Below, piece after piece: positions 15,232 through 20,000 of a DNA stretch of 20,000 nt. Origin of the DNA: an uncultured virus (IMG/VR IMGVR_UViG_3300006100_001445). Its lineage: Duplodnaviria > Heunggongvirae > Uroviricota > Caudoviricetes. The notes beneath the pieces were generated by a model. That model had not been told where the DNA came from and ran no database searches. It was given only the letters and a program-made list of their open reading frames with translations. Within the stretch, counting starts at the first letter, position 1. Each line of letters starts with the position of its first letter. The DNA lies in IMG/VR virus record IMGVR_UViG_3300006100_001445. One strand, given 5' to 3'. The translations under genes and the position numbers were made by a program.

Positions 15232-16712
15232 TGCCAAGAGGCCTTTTCTATAGTAAATGGGTAGCTTGCTTCTTTGTAGAACTGCTTGCGTTTGGTCAAA
15301 TGCCGTTTGGCAAATTTACAGGTGCTGGTTATGTCCCAGATTTGAACGAAGTCTTTGTCTTCCGCTTTGCGTATACCACGGCCGATTGACTGGATAACAC
15401 GGACAAAGGATTTACCCGGTTCAATAAGCACAAGATTAAAAATCCTAGGAATATTAATACCAACAGCGGCGACACCATAAGTAGCAATAATAATCTTGTT
15501 AGTACTTGTCGCAACGTCATCATATTCTTCTTTCCTATCCCCGGCTTTGGTAGCACCACTGACAAAAGCTACGTCGGGTTTGTCTGACAGCAGGCTGAAT
15601 AATGTACTTAGCTCTGTTTGCAGTAGGCGGCCAGTTTCTATTCGATCAACCAAGATCAATGTGTTGCCACCATCTTTGATTGAGTCAATCAATCTGGCCA
15701 GATACGCCACGCGATCAATATTGGTCACTAGGTATTTTAATTCGCTTTGATAGTCTCTGTACTCTACCGAGTCTTGTAACTGTACTATGTTCACGTGACA
15801 GTTGGCCAAGTGCCCGGCTTCTTGTAATTCACTTGCACTTAATTTTCCTATTACCGGACCCAAGCTACAAAACAAACTGACTTTTTCGTAATCTTCTTTG
15901 GGAACAGTCCCAGTTAGTCCCCAGCGGATAGGTACTCGTGCAAACACACCAGTAAGCAAAGTTTTTAATGCGTCGGCTTTGGCCATATGTACTTCGTCTA
16001 CCATGACACACACTACATCTTCAATAAAATCGCCGATGGTGACATCGCCTGTACCAGCCTGCGTGTTCTTTAACAAGACATTTAAACTTTGCCAGGTACA
16101 AATGGTATGAGTACGACCAATGTCTTTGCGATCACCAAAGTACACTCCAACATCAAGACCCATATTGACATAGTCATCTTCGGTCTGTGTTACCAAGCTC
16201 TTGTTAGGAACAATAACAATTGATCGCCCATAAGGTTCTACGCTTTTGCTCAAGGCCGCGGTCATAATAGTTTTGCCTGCACCTGTGGCCACTTCTTGTA
16301 TGCTTTGTGGATTGGCCAAAAACTCGTTTAGAATCTGTATTTGATAATCTCTAAGTACTATAGGTTGACCTTCGGCTGGATGACCTTTGGGCCATAGCGT
16401 GTCGCTGAACGTGTCTTCGGTAATTTGTTCAAAACTAAAACTGGTTGAATAATCTCTGAGGTCTTCAATTTCTATGTCGTAATTGCGACTTTCCAAATAC
16501 TCAATGATTTCAGGCAGGAGATTGATGTAACTAGATCCACCTAGCTGAAAGAAGGCAACCTTGCCGTCCCAACGTCCCAGTCTAACTGCCGGCTGATAAC
16601 GAGCGCCCGGCACTTCATATTTGAACTTGCGAACCAAAGCCGTACGATCACTAAGATCCAATCCTTCGATCTTGACGTTGACTTCGTCTTTGATAATTAA
16701 TCGAGCTTGCAA
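15228..16712 (-). CDS. uvsW: Superfamily 2 DNA helicase (UvsW-like), 494 aa
   Basis: Q motif LRDYQ, Walker A ATGAGKT, DEVH, GLTGT, AVGINIP and QSIGRGIR; N-terminal RLGRWDGKV as in UvsW; TTG start. Confidence 0.88.
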   Translation of the reverse strand: MQARLIIKDEVNVKIEGLDLSDRTALVRKFKYEVPGARYQPAVRLGRWDGKVAFFQLGGSSYINLLPEIIEYLESRNYDIEIEDLRDYSTSFSFEQITEDTFSDTLWPKGHPAEGQPIVLRDYQIQILNEFLANPQSIQEVATGAGKTIMTAALSKSVEPYGRSIVIVPNKSLVTQTEDDYVNMGLDVGVYFGDRKDIGRTHTICTWQSLNVLLKNTQAGTGDVTIGDFIEDVVCVMVDEVHMAKADALKTLLTGVFARVPIRWGLTGTVPKEDYEKVSLFCSLGPVIGKLSASELQEAGHLANCHVNIVQLQDSVEYRDYQSELKYLVTNIDRVAYLARLIDSIKDGGNTLILVDRIETGRLLQTELSTLFSLLSDKPDVAFVSGATKAGDRKEEYDDVATSTNKIIIATYGVAAVGINIPRIFNLVLIEPGKSFVRVIQSIGRGIRKAEDKDFVQIWDITSTCKFAKRHLTKRKQFYKEASYPFTIEKASWQ

Positions 16713-17878
16713 ATGTCTCGTCCTTTTTTTACATTCTTATTATACACATCATTTGTAAAATAAACAACCTTCTCTGCTGTCTGAATCCACACTTGACGAT
16801 CTCCGCCAAACAGCATACCTGCTGTACTGATCAACAAAGGAATATTGCCCACGGGAATTCTTGGTATTTTATTGGTGTATATCAAACGAGTATCTGCTGT
16901 TATTTGTTCTCGGTTGTTTAGGTTGGCCACTTGCTCTTTGTCAAAATATCCAATCATTTGCATTGTCAATCGGTTGCTTTGATCGGGTTCGTATACATAT
17001 ATGGGAAATCTATTGGTAACAGCTGCGTAGGCAATCAACTCTTGTACCTGATCCACTTGCGACCCGTTTCGATCTACTTTGACTTCTCTGTTGGTACACA
17101 AACTCCAAAACCTAGGACCGTGCTGTTTGATAACAGTTTCTTCAATAGCCGGATCAACTGTGTACCCCAGCAAGGGCGAATGATCAACCAGGCGCAGTAG
17201 ATTGTCAAGACCAAACCCACCAAGATTTGTGTCAACATACTCGATCAAACTGTTGGCAGCGTTTGCAATATGCAATTGGTCGTTGTGTTGTGTCAATTCA
17301 ATTCGGTAAGAATTTTTTTCTGCGGACAGAATCAAATCCATCAGATCCGATAAACTTTTGTCAATGACAAAATTGTTGTTCTTGCTAAAAGTGTATATCA
17401 GGTTCACATTGTATTCAGTCAAATCAGCTTGCCATACTCGAGCTTCTCTGTTGAAATGTATGCGGCCAGAGCTTTCACGACTTTCGGTTCTAATATGCTC
17501 AATAAGATTTTGATCGTACGGAAAACGTATTTTAATTAGGTTGTCTTCGACCCACACTCGTGTACTGCGATCGATGTTGCGAATGGGATTTCTAAATACT
17601 GGATTTGTTTTGACAGATTCTATATCTATCTTGTGTTTGTTTAATTGTCGCTCGTATTTTAATACCAATGCCACAGCCAAGGCCGATTGCTTGTCAGTGA
17701 ATCCAATGTTGTTACGTGCTTGCTCGGCAAAACTTTCAACAATTTTGACATCGTATCTGGCCAGGTTCAACGAACTAGCCGGCAGTTGAAAAATACTGTA
17801 GGCATTCTTGCCAGCGGCATCTCGAAAACCAGCAATAAACTCAATGTAATCTTCAATGTGTGGGTATGAGTATTTCAT
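16697..17878 (-). CDS. Hypothetical protein with an internal HARP-like segment, 393 aa
   Basis: Long ORF directly after a consensus promoter; contains IKIRFPYDQNLIEHIR...GRIHFNREARVW. Confidence 0.7.
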   Translation of the reverse strand: MKYSYPHIEDYIEFIAGFRDAAGKNAYSIFQLPASSLNLARYDVKIVESFAEQARNNIGFTDKQSALAVALVLKYERQLNKHKIDIESVKTNPVFRNPIRNIDRSTRVWVEDNLIKIRFPYDQNLIEHIRTESRESSGRIHFNREARVWQADLTEYNVNLIYTFSKNNNFVIDKSLSDLMDLILSAEKNSYRIELTQHNDQLHIANAANSLIEYVDTNLGGFGLDNLLRLVDHSPLLGYTVDPAIEETVIKQHGPRFWSLCTNREVKVDRNGSQVDQVQELIAYAAVTNRFPIYVYEPDQSNRLTMQMIGYFDKEQVANLNNREQITADTRLIYTNKIPRIPVGNIPLLISTAGMLFGGDRQVWIQTAEKVVYFTNDVYNKNVKKGRDICKLD

Positions 17879-17884
17879 ATGTGT

Positions 17885-17913
17885 ATTATACTGTATTTAA
17901 ACTGCAAAGTCAA
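17885..17913 (-). promoter_or_regulatory. Sigma70 consensus promoter (leaderless) with nested TAAATA
   Basis: TTGACT (17913-17908), 17 nt, TATAAT (17890-17885), then 6 nt to ATG 17878; TAAATA at 17899-17894. Confidence 0.8.
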
Positions 17914-17941
17914 AAAAATCCCCAGGTATTTCTACCCGGGG
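17912..17941 (-). terminator. Rho-independent terminator with GAAA tetraloop
   Basis: Minus strand CCCCGGGTA-GAAA-TACCTGGGG followed by A and T7. Confidence 0.88.
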
Positions 17942-17945
17942 CAAA

Positions 17946-17993
17946 CTGGCTTCGGGAGCCAGACTGTGATTCAGGAGCTAGATTGAATCACAG
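17946..17993 (-). other. Two additional hairpins in the 3' UTR (candidate structured RNA)
   Basis: Perfect 10-bp stem CTGTGATTCA/TGAATCACAG (17964-17973/17984-17993) and 6-bp stem CTGGCT/AGCCAG (17946-17951/17957-17962). Confidence 0.6.
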
Positions 17994-18563
17994 CGATAAA
18001 AAGTTTACAGGTTCCTTAAAAAATGTACAGGCCAAAACCAATCTGGGAAATTGTGTAGCCGACTGCATACGAATACTGTGTGGAATTTGACTGTTAAACA
18101 CCACCGGTTGCAACAATTCAAATCGTCCTACCAGTTCACACTTGCCAAGATCCACTGACTCTAGATCGTAATAGGCATTGCCAAACTTGTTGATAATCGG
18201 AGTCACTGAGTTAAAAATTTCTTCGGGTACACTATACCATTCGTTGTAACTGCCGGCAGTATTCAAAATGGGAAAATTTATTTTGGCAGTTACCGGCAAC
18301 TCGTCCACGTGCAATCCTACATCTTGGTTGTTATTGCATACTGTAACACTTACTTCACGCAACCTTAGGCCTAAGTCTCTGGTCCACTGAACCAACTCAG
18401 GAACTGCTCGTACATACTCTGCTGTATTCAGTTTGTTCCAAAGACTCAACTCGTCCAAATGATCAAAAAGTTCAGTCCGTGTTGTCAAGAACTCAACGGT
18501 TTTAGTTTGGATAGTAGACTGTAATACAGGATCACAGTCTACTGGTACAAACGGTTTAAGCAT
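17988..18563 (-). CDS. 2OG-Fe(II) oxygenase/cupin-fold-like protein, 191 aa
   Basis: GLHVD (HxD), INFPI, PVVFNSQIPHSI (distal His) and PRLVL (Arg); TAATG coupling at 18563. Confidence 0.65.
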   Translation of the reverse strand: MLKPFVPVDCDPVLQSTIQTKTVEFLTTRTELFDHLDELSLWNKLNTAEYVRAVPELVQWTRDLGLRLREVSVTVCNNNQDVGLHVDELPVTAKINFPILNTAGSYNEWYSVPEEIFNSVTPIINKFGNAYYDLESVDLGKCELVGRFELLQPVVFNSQIPHSIRMQSATQFPRLVLACTFFKEPVNFLSL

Positions 18564-19609
18564 TAAGCAGCTTTCATACAAGTAACTTGAGCCATAGCCT
18601 TCCATTTGAGCGGAAAGCTCTTACGTAAGTCTGCTACCTTGATTGCCATACGCAAGCTCATTTCACGGAATTTATTCTTGTTCTCTTCCAAGAACTCAAT
18701 GATTTCGTCTTGTACTGCTTGCTCAAAATCATACTCAGCAAACAACTCACCATCCTTGGCAATCTGCTTGATACGCAACACTTTGTCACGCATTGTGTCA
18801 AGAGTCAAGTCTAGGTAGTGACAACGTGATTGTAGTGCATCCAAGTGATCACGCAACTTCTGGCTTTTCATTTGATCGAACTTAAGGTTAGTGATAAAGA
18901 TCACTGAGCCGTTGAAGTTGAAGCTGTCCGGAACGCCTTCGCGACGCAACATATTGCTATCACTTAACCACGAAATCTTACGCTTCTTACCAGAGTCCAA
19001 AGCACCCTTCAGCAGGTTGAGTGCAACATCGTCAACAAGAATTGAGTCACAGTCGTCAAATACCAACACACAGTTTGAATCACTATACTTGTAAAGTGTA
19101 GTATACAAACCTAGGGCACTGGCACTACCTTTGACAACTTCGGCACGGAGACGCTTGCCAGAAATCTGGTCGAACAAACAAGCCTTCTCAACAATACGCT
19201 CTACACCGAACGACTTACCAACTCCTGGGGGACCTGATACAATCATTGCACGGATGTCGCCGTTGGTAGCGGCAGTGGCCATCTCGTCCAAAATTTCAAA
19301 ACGCTGACGAATACGTTCAATAACTTCTTCGTCACTCTCTTGTGCAGTTTCTAATGCCTGAGTTTCTTTGACCGGTGTATTACCTTGCTCAACAAACTCG
19401 GCTTCACTAACAAAATCATAATCGCTCATAGCGTCTACCTTGACACGGATTTCTTCTGGAAAGCCGGGGAAACGGCCGCTGTTTTTTACAGTCACATAAT
19501 TGCCTTTGGCAGTGGTTTTAAACTGTTCTACCAATTGGAAAACCTGACCGCTGACGTCTGTAGTGCGATAAGCACCACTTTTGATGCGAATAAAAGATAT
19601 GTTTGACAT
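18563..19609 (-). CDS. AAA+ ATPase, 348 aa
   Basis: Walker A GPPGVGKS, Walker B LVFDDCD, sensor-1 FITN, SRC arginine finger; AAGGAG RBS. Confidence 0.88.
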   Translation of the reverse strand: MSNISFIRIKSGAYRTTDVSGQVFQLVEQFKTTAKGNYVTVKNSGRFPGFPEEIRVKVDAMSDYDFVSEAEFVEQGNTPVKETQALETAQESDEEVIERIRQRFEILDEMATAATNGDIRAMIVSGPPGVGKSFGVERIVEKACLFDQISGKRLRAEVVKGSASALGLYTTLYKYSDSNCVLVFDDCDSILVDDVALNLLKGALDSGKKRKISWLSDSNMLRREGVPDSFNFNGSVIFITNLKFDQMKSQKLRDHLDALQSRCHYLDLTLDTMRDKVLRIKQIAKDGELFAEYDFEQAVQDEIIEFLEENKNKFREMSLRMAIKVADLRKSFPLKWKAMAQVTCMKAA

Positions 19610-19638
19610 ACTAGCTCCTTTTTTGATTTAATACAAGT

Positions 19639-19667
19639 ATTATACTATTTTGACAATTATAGGTCAA
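19639..19667 (-). promoter_or_regulatory. Sigma70 consensus early promoter
   Basis: TTGACC (19667-19662), 17 nt, TATAAT (19644-19639), followed by ACTTGTAT. Confidence 0.85.
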
Positions 19668-19960
19668 GCACCATAATATACTGCGTCTGCATCGGCAAGC
19701 TCTTCGGCCTGTTCCAACACATCAAAATCTGACTCCTCTACCACCCAACCTGCGGCACGAAGTTCATCGCGTCCGGCACGGGTCTCTTTCAAGCGATCCA
19801 TTTGATTGTGGATAGCATTGATCGAAGCTTCTAAATACTCACGACTACGCCATTGCTCAGGAGTAGCATAACGTGGACGAAAACCAAAAAAGTCTTTATG
19901 GAAATCGCTCAAATAACTTTGCAATTCTTCAACTGATAAATCTGCTAAATGGTTCTGCAT
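19664..19960 (-). CDS. Small early hypothetical protein, 98 aa
   Basis: AAGGAG RBS and own promoter; SDFHKDFFGFRPR motif; acidic C-terminus. Confidence 0.8.
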   Translation of the reverse strand: MQNHLADLSVEELQSYLSDFHKDFFGFRPRYATPEQWRSREYLEASINAIHNQMDRLKETRAGRDELRAAGWVVEESDFDVLEQAEELADADAVYYGA

Positions 19961-19989
19961 CGTTGCTCCTTGTTATTCACTATACAAGT

Positions 19990-19998
19990 ATTATAGCA
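19990..19998 (-). promoter_or_regulatory. Extended -10 early promoter element (-35 outside the window)
   Basis: TGcTATAAT followed by ACTTGTAT, identical downstream to the promoter at 19644. Confidence 0.7.
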
Positions 19999-20000
19999 TT

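Noticed and set aside
56..19606. Numerous plus-strand ORFs of 60-140 aa antisense to the main genes
   Set aside because: They are shadow ORFs of well-supported minus-strand genes, with no recognisable motifs.
1..20000. Stop-codon reassignment, tRNA or rRNA genes
   Set aside because: Genes are intact and tightly packed in the standard code, with TAA, TGA and TAG all used as stops; no cloverleaf or rRNA-like sequence was seen in the short intergenic gaps.

Overview
A 20 kb fragment of a large, T4-like-organised tailed dsDNA bacteriophage, densely coding and almost entirely on the minus strand. The IscU sequence suggests a proteobacterial host (inference). Read in transcription direction (right to left): (i) early genes under near-consensus sigma70 promoters (small hypothetical, AAA+ ATPase, 2OG-Fe(II)/cupin-like oxygenase) ending in a triple-hairpin 3' element; (ii) a replication/recombination operon (HARP-like protein, UvsW-like SF2 helicase, degenerate Hint-fold-like protein, SGNH-like protein, gp62-like clamp-loader subunit, Zn-finger/gp59-like protein and a 197-aa miniature DnaE); (iii) a plus-strand GIY-YIG/NUMOD3 homing endonuclease and a hypothetical gene; (iv) primase and DnaB-like helicase; (v) late genes under T4-type (T)ATAAATA promoters, several with a shared MKIxE..E N-terminus, including a ligase-fold protein; (vi) an auxiliary operon with two small exported Pro-rich proteins, iscU, iscA and a glycosyltransferase-like gene. 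The most notable observations are the mini family-C polymerase, a 3'-UTR hairpin loop complementary to the RBS of its own operon's first gene, a GGC-repeat structured leader, a stand-alone degenerate Hint-like protein and a possibly capsid-packaged ligase-like enzyme. Family assignments come from motif recognition by eye, not database searches.
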